Source: Candidatus Woesebacteria bacterium (GTDB lineage Bacteria; Patescibacteriota; Microgenomatia; UBA1400; PJMF01). Taken from it: 64,000 nucleotides of DNA. Under the pieces are notes generated by a model. The model did not search any database. It worked only from the letters and a program-made list of their open reading frames with translations, and was not told the DNA's origin. Below are positions 56,080 through 64,000 of this stretch, one piece after another; position 1 is the stretch's first letter, and each line of letters begins with the position of its first letter. The position numbers were made by a program, and so were the translations under genes. The stretch lies in the NCBI GenBank assembly GCA_050123235.1, contig JASFHL010000001.1, positions 84,651 to 148,650 on the forward strand, written 5' to 3'.

Positions 56080-57378
56080 TTATTTTTCAAATCTTACTTG
56101 GCATGAATAAGCGTGAGCTGGTAATGCTTCTACTTGGGCAAAAGTGTTGATAGTATTTTTGATGTCTTTTAACCCCTTTTTACTAGCTTTCTGAAATTGA
56201 ATCAGGCGACCAAAGCTTTCTACACTTAGTGGGCCAAACATCTTGGCGCTTTGACCAGTAGGTAAGACGTGGTTAGCTCCTGTGGCATAATCACCACTAG
56301 CTTTGCAAGTCCAATTACCAATAAAAATAGAACCAGCATTAGTAATTTGTTTAGCTATTTGTAGGGCATTCTTAGTCATAATCTGTAAGTGTTCTGGAGC
56401 ATATTGATTGCTCAAATCAATGCTTGCTTCAAGATTATCAGTAACGATAATGGCTCCATAATTTTTAAGAGCAGAGCGAATAGTATTTTCACTAGCTAGT
56501 GTTGGCAAAATTCTTGCAATTTCTTTTTTAACTGACTCAGCTTGTTTCATAGAGGTAATAAGTAAAATAGCAGTTGAATCATCACCATGTTCGGCATCAG
56601 TAATTAAATCAGCAGCAACAAATCTATTATTGGCAGACTCATCTGCAATAATTAAATTTTCTGAAGGACCAGCAGGCATATCAATATCAATAGTAGGGAA
56701 GAGTAATAATTTAGCAGCAGTAACATATTGATTACCTGGGCCAACAATTTTATAGACTTTGGGAATTGATTCTGTTCCGTAAGCCATGGCAGCAATCGCC
56801 TGGGCACCGCCAACTTTAAAAACTTTTTTAATACCAAGTTTATTCGCAGTTATAATTACTTCCGGCGGCAATCTACCTTGTTGATTTGGTGGTACACAAA
56901 CAATAATGTCATTGCAGCCAGCAATTTGAGCTGGAATAGCAGTCATTAGTAAGGATGAAGGGTAATTAGCTTTACCGCCTGGCACATAGAGACCCACTCT
57001 TTCTATCGCTTGCCAGGAACGCCAGACTTGTATATCTCGTTGCATGACTAAAACTTTTTTTTCTTTAATTAGTTTACTTTTTTGAGCTTGGTGAACTTTT
57101 TGAATGTTTTTTATTGCTTGGTTAAGGGCAGGTATAAAATTTTTATCTATTTGTTGGTAAGCTTCTTTAATTTCACTTTTACTTAATAGAAGATCGTTAA
57201 TTGGAATTTGTCTTTGTTGGTATTTTTTTAGAATAGCTTGATCGCCTTCTTGTCGAACGCTTGCCACTTTGGGACGAATTTGTGCTATTATTTGCCAGTA
57301 ATCAGCAGATGATCTTTCAAAGACTTGCTTTAATTGTTTCTTACTGATAGTTTTTGTTGTATAGATTTTGATTGGCAT
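56080..57378 (-). CDS. hisD: Histidinol dehydrogenase
   Basis: YVPGG, GGAQAIAA, GPGNQYV, AGPSE, AEH, PEHL, GANHVLPT. Confidence 0.97.
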   Translation of the reverse strand: MPIKIYTTKTISKKQLKQVFERSSADYWQIIAQIRPKVASVRQEGDQAILKKYQQRQIPINDLLLSKSEIKEAYQQIDKNFIPALNQAIKNIQKVHQAQKSKLIKEKKVLVMQRDIQVWRSWQAIERVGLYVPGGKANYPSSLLMTAIPAQIAGCNDIIVCVPPNQQGRLPPEVIITANKLGIKKVFKVGGAQAIAAMAYGTESIPKVYKIVGPGNQYVTAAKLLLFPTIDIDMPAGPSENLIIADESANNRFVAADLITDAEHGDDSTAILLITSMKQAESVKKEIARILPTLASENTIRSALKNYGAIIVTDNLEASIDLSNQYAPEHLQIMTKNALQIAKQITNAGSIFIGNWTCKASGDYATGANHVLPTGQSAKMFGPLSVESFGRLIQFQKASKKGLKDIKNTINTFAQVEALPAHAYSCQVRFEK

Positions 57379-57391
57379 TTTTTCCTTTTTT

Positions 57392-58270
57392 TTACAAAAT
57401 CATTTTTTCAATTGGTAAAACAATAATTCCTTCAGCCCCTACTTTTTTTAATCTTTCAACTGTTTCCCAAAAGACATCTTCTTTAATTACAGATTGAACG
57501 CTAACCCAAGGTTTTTTGGCTAAAAGTGAAAGAGTAGGAGATTTGAGTCCAGGAATGATTTTTTTCAATTTAGGTAAGATGTCTTCTGGCGCATTCATCA
57601 TGATATATTTATATCTTTGGGCAGATAAAACTCCTTTAAATCTGGTTAATAGTTGTTTGATAATTTTTGCCTTTTTTTCATCTTTTAGTGAGTCTGGATT
57701 GGCAATTAAAACTGCTTCTGATTTATAGATAGTTTCTAAAATGCGTAAATCATTTTGCGCTAAAGTGCTACCAGTAGAAACTAAATCAACAATAGCATCT
57801 GCTATTCCTAGAAGAGGAGCAGCTTCTACTGATCCACTGATTTCAATTAATTTGATTTTTATATTTTTTTCTTTAAAAAATTTTTTCGCGCTTTTGGGAT
57901 ATGAGCTTGCTATTTTAAGACCTTGCAAATCTGAGAGTTTCTTAATTTTAGAATCTTTTGCTACAGCTACTACTAATGAACAAAAACTAAATCTCAAATT
58001 AAGTAACTTTTTGATCTTTTTTCTTTTTTCATTAACTACATTTTGGCCAATAATACCTAAATCCACTATTCCCGTAGAAACATAATCAGTAATGTCATCG
58101 TCTCTGCTATAGATAATTTCTAAAGGGAAATTACGGCAATTAGAAAACAACTTACGATTGTAAGTTTCGAATTCCAAGCCCGCCAACTTTAAAAAAGCTA
58201 CTGTCTCATCAGTGAGGCGGCCAGATTTTTGGATAGCTAGTTTAATTTTATTGTTATTTAGTTTTGTCAT
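57392..58270 (-). CDS. hisG: ATP phosphoribosyltransferase, long form
   Basis: AIQKSGRL, RDDDI, GSVEAAP, DLVSTGSTL; C-terminal regulatory domain ending IEKM. Confidence 0.97.
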   Translation of the reverse strand: MTKLNNNKIKLAIQKSGRLTDETVAFLKLAGLEFETYNRKLFSNCRNFPLEIIYSRDDDITDYVSTGIVDLGIIGQNVVNEKRKKIKKLLNLRFSFCSLVVAVAKDSKIKKLSDLQGLKIASSYPKSAKKFFKEKNIKIKLIEISGSVEAAPLLGIADAIVDLVSTGSTLAQNDLRILETIYKSEAVLIANPDSLKDEKKAKIIKQLLTRFKGVLSAQRYKYIMMNAPEDILPKLKKIIPGLKSPTLSLLAKKPWVSVQSVIKEDVFWETVERLKKVGAEGIIVLPIEKMIL

Positions 58271-58384
58271 ATAGCATTTTGCAGAATTAAATTCTACGGT
58301 TTTGAATAATTTTTAAGACTTTAGCAACGCCGAGGCGATTTTTTGTTGCCAGGCTAAGCCAAGTTCTAAATTTTCTAATTTTTG

Positions 58385-58459
58385 GGTGACTGACGGGATT
58401 CGCACCCGCGGCCTTCGCTTTCACAGAGCGACGCTCTAACTAACTGAGCTACAGCCACC
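58385..58459 (-). tRNA. tRNA-His (GUG)
   Basis: Cloverleaf with TCGCT-CTGTGAA-AGCGA anticodon arm, encoded G-1 and C73; full CCA not encoded. Confidence 0.95.
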
Positions 58460-58585
58460 ATCTTTAATTTTTACTAGGGTTTGATTTTCAGATTTCCTTA
58501 AATCTCTAAACCCTATCAGATGTTTTAAATAAGCAGTTTCCAATTTTTTAATTTTGTGCGGCTCGTTTATATTAATAATAAGCAC

Positions 58586-58607
58586 AAAAAACCCCCCGGC
58601 TGGGGGG
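58586..58607 (-). terminator. His attenuator terminator
   Basis: CCCCCC-AGCC-GGGGGG-TTTTTT; its 5' arm can pair instead with upstream GGGGGTTAGTGA. Confidence 0.88.
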
Positions 58608-58684
58608 AGTGAAAAGTGTTTATTTAACTAAAAAATCCGGCTTTGGGTCCGGATTAATTTCACACAAAAATCACTAACCCCCTT

Positions 58685-58735
58685 TTAGGTGGTATGGTGA
58701 TGATGAGCTAATTGACTCATGTTTTGTGTTTTCAT
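58685..58735 (-). CDS. hisL: His operon leader peptide MKTQNMSQLAHHHHTT
   Basis: Four consecutive His codons CAT CAT CAC CAT, between the promoter and the attenuator. Confidence 0.88.
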   Translation of the reverse strand: MKTQNMSQLAHHHHTT

Positions 58736-58743
58736 AAATGATT

Positions 58744-58771
58744 ATTATATATAAGTTTTGTTGTGTGTCAA
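58744..58771 (-). promoter_or_regulatory. Sigma70 promoter of the his leader
   Basis: TTGACA-16 nt-TATAAT, 8 nt upstream of the leader ATG. Confidence 0.85.
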
Positions 58772-58786
58772 CTTTTAGCGACTTTT

Positions 58787-59779
58787 CTACAAAGCCAATT
58801 TTTTCCCATCAATCTTGATTATTGGCTTCAATGTTAGAGCATCTAAATGGATTGGCACATCAACTTCACCACCAATACAACTACTATTTCCAAAAGCAAT
58901 ATGAGCAGTTTTTAAAGCCTTTTCAGCTTCGATCATTTTGCCTAAAGGATTAGTCTTGGGGTTGGTACCAATCCCGATCTCAGCAATGTTAAACGCATCT
59001 GGGCCGATTTTTTTGAGTTTCTCTTCTAAGGCCTGAGCAAGTTGATGATTGTTTGACTCGCTTTCAAATTTGACAGCTAAGCCATTTTTAATAGTCACCT
59101 TGATTGGTTTTTTGAGTTTAAAATCAGCTAAAGCGCCATTGATTATCCAAGTTCCTTGAGAGCTGCCTTTAATTGGGGCAAAGAAAACTTCACCTGCGGG
59201 AAGATTACCAAGTTCGCCATTTTTTAGAATTCCGCCATCATTGAAAATAGCTTTTTGGCGAATAGCTGCACTGAAGTTTGTCTCTGATGGAGAACTAATA
59301 TGAATAGTGTTTGCTTTTTGGAGTTTGGCTTTTATTTCCTCGCCTAGTTTTTTAATTTTATGATAGTCAGTTGTCAGAGTGCGACGCATGATTTTGTAAT
59401 TAACTCCTGGCAAACTAGCACCACGATGATTGTTTCTTACCACTGCTTTGCCAGCTTTGCTGTGGGTAAGGGAGAATTTTGTATGGAGGATCGTAATGTT
59501 TGCCTGCGCGCAAGCCTGAACTACCTCATCAGGTGGTTCTTGGCCACTGTGAGTCATACCAGCCAAGACTATCATCTGCACTTTATCAGTGAGGGTTTTG
59601 GCAGTCTCGAACCAAATGGCAGCCTCTTTTTTATAAAATCTGATGTCTGTGACAATTAGGACATTATCATTCTTTTGGAAATTAAGGTTATTTTTGAGAA
59701 TTTTTTGACCTAATCTTAATTCTGCTGTTTGTAAGCGCAGCAAACTTTGATCAGCTGAAATTATTTTGTGAATTTTCAT
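58787..59779 (-). CDS. Aminopeptidase, M29 (AmpS-like) family
   Basis: NLPAGEVFFAP, AEIGIGTNP, EAEK, HIAFG, HLD. Confidence 0.9.
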   Translation of the reverse strand: MKIHKIISADQSLLRLQTAELRLGQKILKNNLNFQKNDNVLIVTDIRFYKKEAAIWFETAKTLTDKVQMIVLAGMTHSGQEPPDEVVQACAQANITILHTKFSLTHSKAGKAVVRNNHRGASLPGVNYKIMRRTLTTDYHKIKKLGEEIKAKLQKANTIHISSPSETNFSAAIRQKAIFNDGGILKNGELGNLPAGEVFFAPIKGSSQGTWIINGALADFKLKKPIKVTIKNGLAVKFESESNNHQLAQALEEKLKKIGPDAFNIAEIGIGTNPKTNPLGKMIEAEKALKTAHIAFGNSSCIGGEVDVPIHLDALTLKPIIKIDGKKLAL

Positions 59780-59917
59780 ATTTTTTCATTTTAAAATGTT
59801 TTCTTGTCTTATTTTATCCTGTTTGGCAATCTTAGCCGCAGATTTATTTGGATAAATTCAAGCAAGTTTAGATAAAAAGAGCTATTATATGAGGCAGTTA
59901 TAGATCTAAATTTTGGA

Positions 59918-60538
59918 TCAAAAATATTCCAAAGCCTCTTTAACTGTAGTAGAAGCTCCATGACCTGGATAAAGAACAGTGTTTTTTGGCAACTTGAAAA
60001 TTTTTCCTAAAGATTGTTTGAGTATTTTAGCATCACTACCTTCTAAGTCTGTTCTTCCATAATAGCCATCTGCAAAAATAGTATCTCCAGTAAAGGCTAA
60101 TTGTTCTTTTTCAGAATAGAGAACAACACTCCCCGGAGTATGGCCTGGAGTTTCTATAATTTTTAAAGAAAGTCCTGATATGTTTAAAGATTGGTCATTT
60201 TTTAAAAAATGATTTACTTTAGGCAGAGTTTTAATTTCTTTTTTAATAAAAAATTTTGCCATAGCAGGAGCGCTATTTAAAATAAAGCTGTCTTTTTTGT
60301 TTAAGTAAAAGGGGAGATTCGTAAATTTTTTTTTTAGCTCATTGATAGCTAGAATATGGTCAAAATGGCCGTGAGTAGCCAGAATGCCTTGGGGTTTTAA
60401 TTTGAGTTTTTTAATTTGTTCAATGATTAAGTCAGCATCATCACCAGGGTCGATAATCAAAGCGTTTTTATTTTTTTGATGATAAAAAAGATAACAATTA
60501 GTTTTCAGCGGCCCGACAGCTAAAGTCAATACCGGCAT
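59918..60538 (-). CDS. MBL-fold metallo-hydrolase (glyoxalase II-like)
   Basis: THGHFDH, TPGHTPG, FTGD, YPGHG. Confidence 0.93.
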   Translation of the reverse strand: MPVLTLAVGPLKTNCYLFYHQKNKNALIIDPGDDADLIIEQIKKLKLKPQGILATHGHFDHILAINELKKKFTNLPFYLNKKDSFILNSAPAMAKFFIKKEIKTLPKVNHFLKNDQSLNISGLSLKIIETPGHTPGSVVLYSEKEQLAFTGDTIFADGYYGRTDLEGSDAKILKQSLGKIFKLPKNTVLYPGHGASTTVKEALEYF

Positions 60539-60544
60539 GGCCCT

Positions 60545-60934
60545 TTATCCTTCATCATTAGTTTGCTTGAAATAAAAGCCAACAATAAAACCAAAAGGCC
60601 CGCCTAATACACCAGCTACAGTGGTAGTGATAGTTTTGGCAGACTCAAGTGGATCAGTAAAAGTACCTGGATTCAAGATATCTAAAATAAACGGTCCTAC
60701 TAGTGACAAAAAAACCATAAATAAAAAGAAAAAAGTAAAAGTTTTGGCAATTTTAGCGCGGGTACTTTCTTGTGATTTAGCTACACTAAAAGTTAATTGG
60801 GTGTTTTCAGACTCCACCTTTCTGGTAAATTTTGGTTGAGAGAAAGTGAAGACACTTGGGCTTTTAAGAGTAGGGGGTTCAACTTTATTAATGCTGCTTT
60901 TTATTGGCGGTTTGGCTTTTGATTTATCTGGCAT
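60545..60934 (-). CDS. Two-TM membrane protein
   Basis: Two hydrophobic helices ending GFIVGFYF; start set to ATG 60934. Confidence 0.7.
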   Translation of the reverse strand: MPDKSKAKPPIKSSINKVEPPTLKSPSVFTFSQPKFTRKVESENTQLTFSVAKSQESTRAKIAKTFTFFFLFMVFLSLVGPFILDILNPGTFTDPLESAKTITTTVAGVLGGPFGFIVGFYFKQTNDEG

Positions 60935-61029
60935 AAGAAAGATGTTGGGCAATTTATATGTTTATAGAGTTTTATGAGCTAAGTGTTAATAAATGAAATT
61001 ATTTGAAATTAATTATAATTTCTCTTGTG

Positions 61030-61326
61030 CTATTTAACACGTTGAACTTTGTTAGCAAAATCTTTAATCAAGAGACTAGTTCCAGATCTTTTTTGTTTTA
61101 AGACTACGGTTCTACCTTGAACTAAACGAAACATTTGGTAAGCTTGCAAAAGCACTCCGGAAGGATCAGTTTCTAGCTGTCTGGCTATCTCCTGTAATTC
61201 TTGCATGGCTTGGTCATCAAACTCTAAGGAAACTTCATTAGGATTTTCCTTAATGATTCCATTGATTGTTGATTTCTGGCTTTGCTGAGCTTGGCTTTTT
61301 GTTTTGGAATTCATATTAATAATCAT
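61030..61326 (-). CDS. Small protein, possible ribbon-helix-helix DNA-binding domain
   Basis: VSLEFDDQAMQELQEIARQLETDPSGVLLQAYQMF strand-helix-helix pattern. Confidence 0.55.
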   Translation of the reverse strand: MIINMNSKTKSQAQQSQKSTINGIIKENPNEVSLEFDDQAMQELQEIARQLETDPSGVLLQAYQMFRLVQGRTVVLKQKRSGTSLLIKDFANKVQRVK

Positions 61327-61373
61327 TTTAACATAGCTGTAATTTTGGCGATATAATTAAGTTAATAAATAAC

Positions 61374-61444
61374 GGGCCAATAGTAAAACGGTATTACACA
61401 GCAGTCGCATTGCTGAAGTCCGGGTTCGATTCCCGGTTGGTCCA
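61374..61444 (+). tRNA. tRNA-Ala (CGC)
   Basis: GGGCCAA/TTGGTCC-A acceptor with G3-U70; CAGCA-GTCGCAT-TGCTG anticodon arm; CCGGG-TTCGATT-CCCGG T arm; CCA not encoded. Confidence 0.92.
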
Positions 61445-61639
61445 CATAGGAATAAGATGCAAAGCTACGAGCAGTTAGATTTTCTTTTAAAGAAAATAAA
61501 ATTTAAGGAAAGCGTAATTGATCATAAATGGAAAATAATTGAATATTAGTTGCAGTATTGATATAATTGTTTATATTAGAGTTGATAAATACTCTTGGGT
61601 ATTATGAGAGTATCTTTTTAATATAAATTTTTTAAAATT

Positions 61640-61960
61640 ATGCCAAGAAGGATAGAATTAGTTTCACTGGCAGATCCTAGATTAAAGGATTTACCACTAA
61701 TATTACAAAAGAATGGTGAAAAAATATTTGTTTGCTACTGTGGAAGACCACACAAATTTGATGGCCGAGAGATAGAATCTGTATTTAGTCGACAAGGTCC
61801 TAGTCGAGTTAGTTTGGCGGATATCTTTGTATATTGGAATCCCACTGTCTTGTTGTTTTTGGAGGAATTAGAATCGGCAGACCCTGCCTATATGAAAATA
61901 GCCACAACAACGATGGCTTTTGTATCCACCTTAAAAGAAGGGTTAGCAGCTCAGCGTTAA
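61640..61960 (+). CDS. Hypothetical protein with a CxCxxxH motif
   Basis: 106-aa ORF containing CYCGRPH. Confidence 0.55.
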   Translation: MPRRIELVSLADPRLKDLPLILQKNGEKIFVCYCGRPHKFDGREIESVFSRQGPSRVSLADIFVYWNPTVLLFLEELESADPAYMKIATTTMAFVSTLKEGLAAQR

Positions 61961-63040
61961 CTCCTCAATCCCATTTTCACCCACCCAAATTGTATTCTCA
62001 TACCTATAGCCAAATTTATCTTTCAAATAAATTCCTGGCTCAATAGTAATGATCATATTTTTTTTAATTGCTTGTTCATTTTTCCAAGACAGAGAAGGAG
62101 GTTCATGGATGTCTAAGCCTAAACCATGCCCGGTGGTATGAATAAAGTAATCTTTGAAACCAGCTTTTTCTATAATTGAACGAGCTGTCTGGTCTATGCT
62201 TTTAGCATCAGTAATGATTTCAGTTTTAAATTGTTTCAATTTTTGATTAAGAAAACTAATTGCGCCTTGATAAGCTTTTTTTACTGTTTTTTCTATTTTG
62301 TTAAATTCTGCCGGTGCTTTTTTAGCAAACCAGAATGTTCTAGTCATATCACTACAGTAGTTTTCAAAAACTGCTCCCATATCAATTAAAATCGCCATAT
62401 TTTTTTTAAGCTTTTTGCCAGTAGGTTGATGATGTGGTAGAGCAGAGTTTGTCCCAAAAGCCACAATAGTAGGAAAGGCCCGTTTTTCTGAACCTAATTT
62501 TCTCATTCGTTCTTCCAAAATTAGAGCAAGTTTTTTTTCTGAGATACCAACTTTAAATTTTTTTTCTATGCTGACCATTACTTTGTTAGCAATCTGAGCA
62601 GCCTTGATCATCTTTTTAATTTCTTGTTCATCCTTAACCATGCGTAGTTGCCAAGTTAAATTTTTATCTAGCTCGAGCAGTTTTAATTTTTTAATTTTAG
62701 CCAAAGCTTTATATTCGGCTACAGAGACATGATCTTCGTCTATGAGTAATTCTGTGATTTTTTCATTTTGAACAATTTTAGTGACTTGCTCAGTAAGATT
62801 TTTTAATTGGCAACCAGGAATTTTAATTAGTTTTTTATTGTCACTTGGGGTGGGGGAAAAGCTATTATGAATCAAAAAAGCCTGTTTTTTACTAATAATG
62901 GTAAAAGCCTCTCTTTCATTATTGGTTAGTTGTTCAAAACCAGTAAAATAAAAATTATCACTGGCTGAAGCTAATAGAATTGCCTGATGGGTTTTGATTT
63001 TCTCTTGCAGGGAGGAGATGCGGAACGAGTAAGATTTCAT
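61943..63040 (-). CDS. Xaa-Pro peptidase, M24B family
   Basis: IDMG...YCSDMTRT, HTTGHGLGLDIHEPP, TIEPGIY, RYEN. Confidence 0.95.
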   Translation of the reverse strand: MKSYSFRISSLQEKIKTHQAILLASASDNFYFTGFEQLTNNEREAFTIISKKQAFLIHNSFSPTPSDNKKLIKIPGCQLKNLTEQVTKIVQNEKITELLIDEDHVSVAEYKALAKIKKLKLLELDKNLTWQLRMVKDEQEIKKMIKAAQIANKVMVSIEKKFKVGISEKKLALILEERMRKLGSEKRAFPTIVAFGTNSALPHHQPTGKKLKKNMAILIDMGAVFENYCSDMTRTFWFAKKAPAEFNKIEKTVKKAYQGAISFLNQKLKQFKTEIITDAKSIDQTARSIIEKAGFKDYFIHTTGHGLGLDIHEPPSLSWKNEQAIKKNMIITIEPGIYLKDKFGYRYENTIWVGENGIEELTLSC

Positions 63041-63762
63041 TATTCTTCATTTTTATTATCTAAAGATAAAGGGGCGAGAGCTTGAATAGTAGTCACTACG
63101 GCTTCGTCCTCATCTTTATAGCCGATTAATAAACATTGTAAATCTTCAATAAAATCAGCTTGCTTAGCTTCTTCCCCTTGGTTATCTTGAAATTTAGTTT
63201 TTTTGTTTAAATCCAAAGTCAGAGTTTCTTCATCAGAACGAGGTTTAAAATCAATTTTATTTCTTTGAATTGATTTAATAGTACCCAAGAGCACTATATG
63301 TTCTTTAGGTCTAAGACTTTCAGCAGAAACAACTATTCTTTTGGGAACAAAAGAATCATCTTCAATAAAACCCATCACAATCAACCAATCACCAACTATA
63401 ACCTCATCAACAGCAATCTTTTTTTGTTTTTTAACCAGCACTAAGTCTTCGGTAAGAGGAATGATATTGGTACCTTTAGTAGTGGAGATAGTGATAGTTT
63501 CTTCGCTAACACGAGTAACTTCACCGATGAATCCTTTTTTATTTTTACTTAGGTCTTCGAGAGTATTTTCAATTTTGTCTTTTTTTTCTTCCACAATTTT
63601 TTCAATTCTATCTTTGAGATTTTCATTAGCCTCAGCACTGGGGCTAGCTTCACTGGTTTCCGTAGTAGCAGAATCAGTATTATCTTGCTCAGCTTTGACA
63701 AGCTGGCTATTTAGAAAGATAACCGAAATTATAATTAGTATAGTAATTAGTTTTTTTATCAT
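63040..63762 (-). CDS. Secreted protein with two beta-rich (OB-like) repeats
   Basis: Signal peptide; repeats GEVTRVSEETITI and GTIKSIQRNKIDF. Confidence 0.7.
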   Translation of the reverse strand: MIKKLITILIIISVIFLNSQLVKAEQDNTDSATTETSEASPSAEANENLKDRIEKIVEEKKDKIENTLEDLSKNKKGFIGEVTRVSEETITISTTKGTNIIPLTEDLVLVKKQKKIAVDEVIVGDWLIVMGFIEDDSFVPKRIVVSAESLRPKEHIVLLGTIKSIQRNKIDFKPRSDEETLTLDLNKKTKFQDNQGEEAKQADFIEDLQCLLIGYKDEDEAVVTTIQALAPLSLDNKNEE

Positions 63763-63763
63763 C

Positions 63764-64000
63764 TTATTCTTCTTTCTCTGCCGATTTACTGGCTTCTACT
63801 TCGCTCTCTTCCAGTAGCAGTTGACTAGTAACAATAATTGTTCGTTCGATACTTGATTTTTTTCCATCTTCATCAATGGCATAAACAGTGATGACATTGC
63901 TACCTGCTTCTAATTCAAGTTCAGTAGAGAAGTTACCACTTTCATCTGAAGTAACTATTGTTTCCTGATTGCCTACAAAGATGACCACAAAGTTATTTGC
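63764..64000 (-). CDS. 3' end of a protein with an Ig-like beta-sandwich domain (truncated)
   Basis: DESGNFSTELELEAGSNVITVYAIDEDG pattern; frame open to the window edge. Confidence 0.65.
   Translation of the reverse strand, partial: ANNFVVIFVGNQETIVTSDESGNFSTELELEAGSNVITVYAIDEDGKKSSIERTIIVTSQLLLEESEVEASKSAEKEE

Noticed and set aside
280-63817. Many short antisense or alternate-frame ORFs in the track (e.g. 280-621, 6819-7196, 15664-16050, 16941-17324, 44080-44490, 63341-63817)
   Set aside because: They overlap well-supported genes and have shadow-ORF composition
1-64000. CRISPR array, cas genes, integrase, transposase, prophage, rRNA
   Set aside because: No regularly spaced direct repeats and no ORFs with the relevant motifs were seen
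1-64000. Alternative genetic code (UGA as Gly or Trp)
   Set aside because: Conserved genes are full length under code 11 and several end at TGA with ATGA coupling

Overview
AT-rich bacterial chromosome segment read with genetic code 11. Gene content, many leaderless starts and many orphan ORFs suggest a Patescibacteria (CPR, Microgenomates-like) genome; this is an inference. It is mostly housekeeping: fmt/def, mreBCD-pbp2, dprA-topA-nadD, a dTTP/folate cluster (cytidylyltransferase, dCMP deaminase, CofE-like ligase, folA, dut, tmk), recR, hpf, cysS, tgt, ychF, rpsF-ssb-rpsR, ctpA, prfA, rpmE, hisS and several peptidases, plus a Phd/VapC TA pair, tRNA-His(GUG) and tRNA-Ala(CGC). The notable region is a histidine locus at 49.9-58.8 kb on the minus strand: a sigma70 promoter, a His4 leader peptide with a terminator/antiterminator attenuator, then a tRNA-His gene as the apparent first cistron, hisG-hisD-hisC-HAD phosphatase, a 23-codon hisB relic, fused hisHF, fused hisAI and hisE. 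Between hisE and hisS, on the plus strand, is a 67-nt non-canonical tRNA-like element with an Ala-type G3-U70 acceptor and an 18-nt antisense copy downstream. Also present: a dispersed structured repeat (2 full copies, 1 partial), orphan ORFs with recognisable JAB, Maf and HD motifs, and a small membrane-protein gene with type I toxin-like mRNA features. No CRISPR array, integrase, transposase or rRNA was seen.
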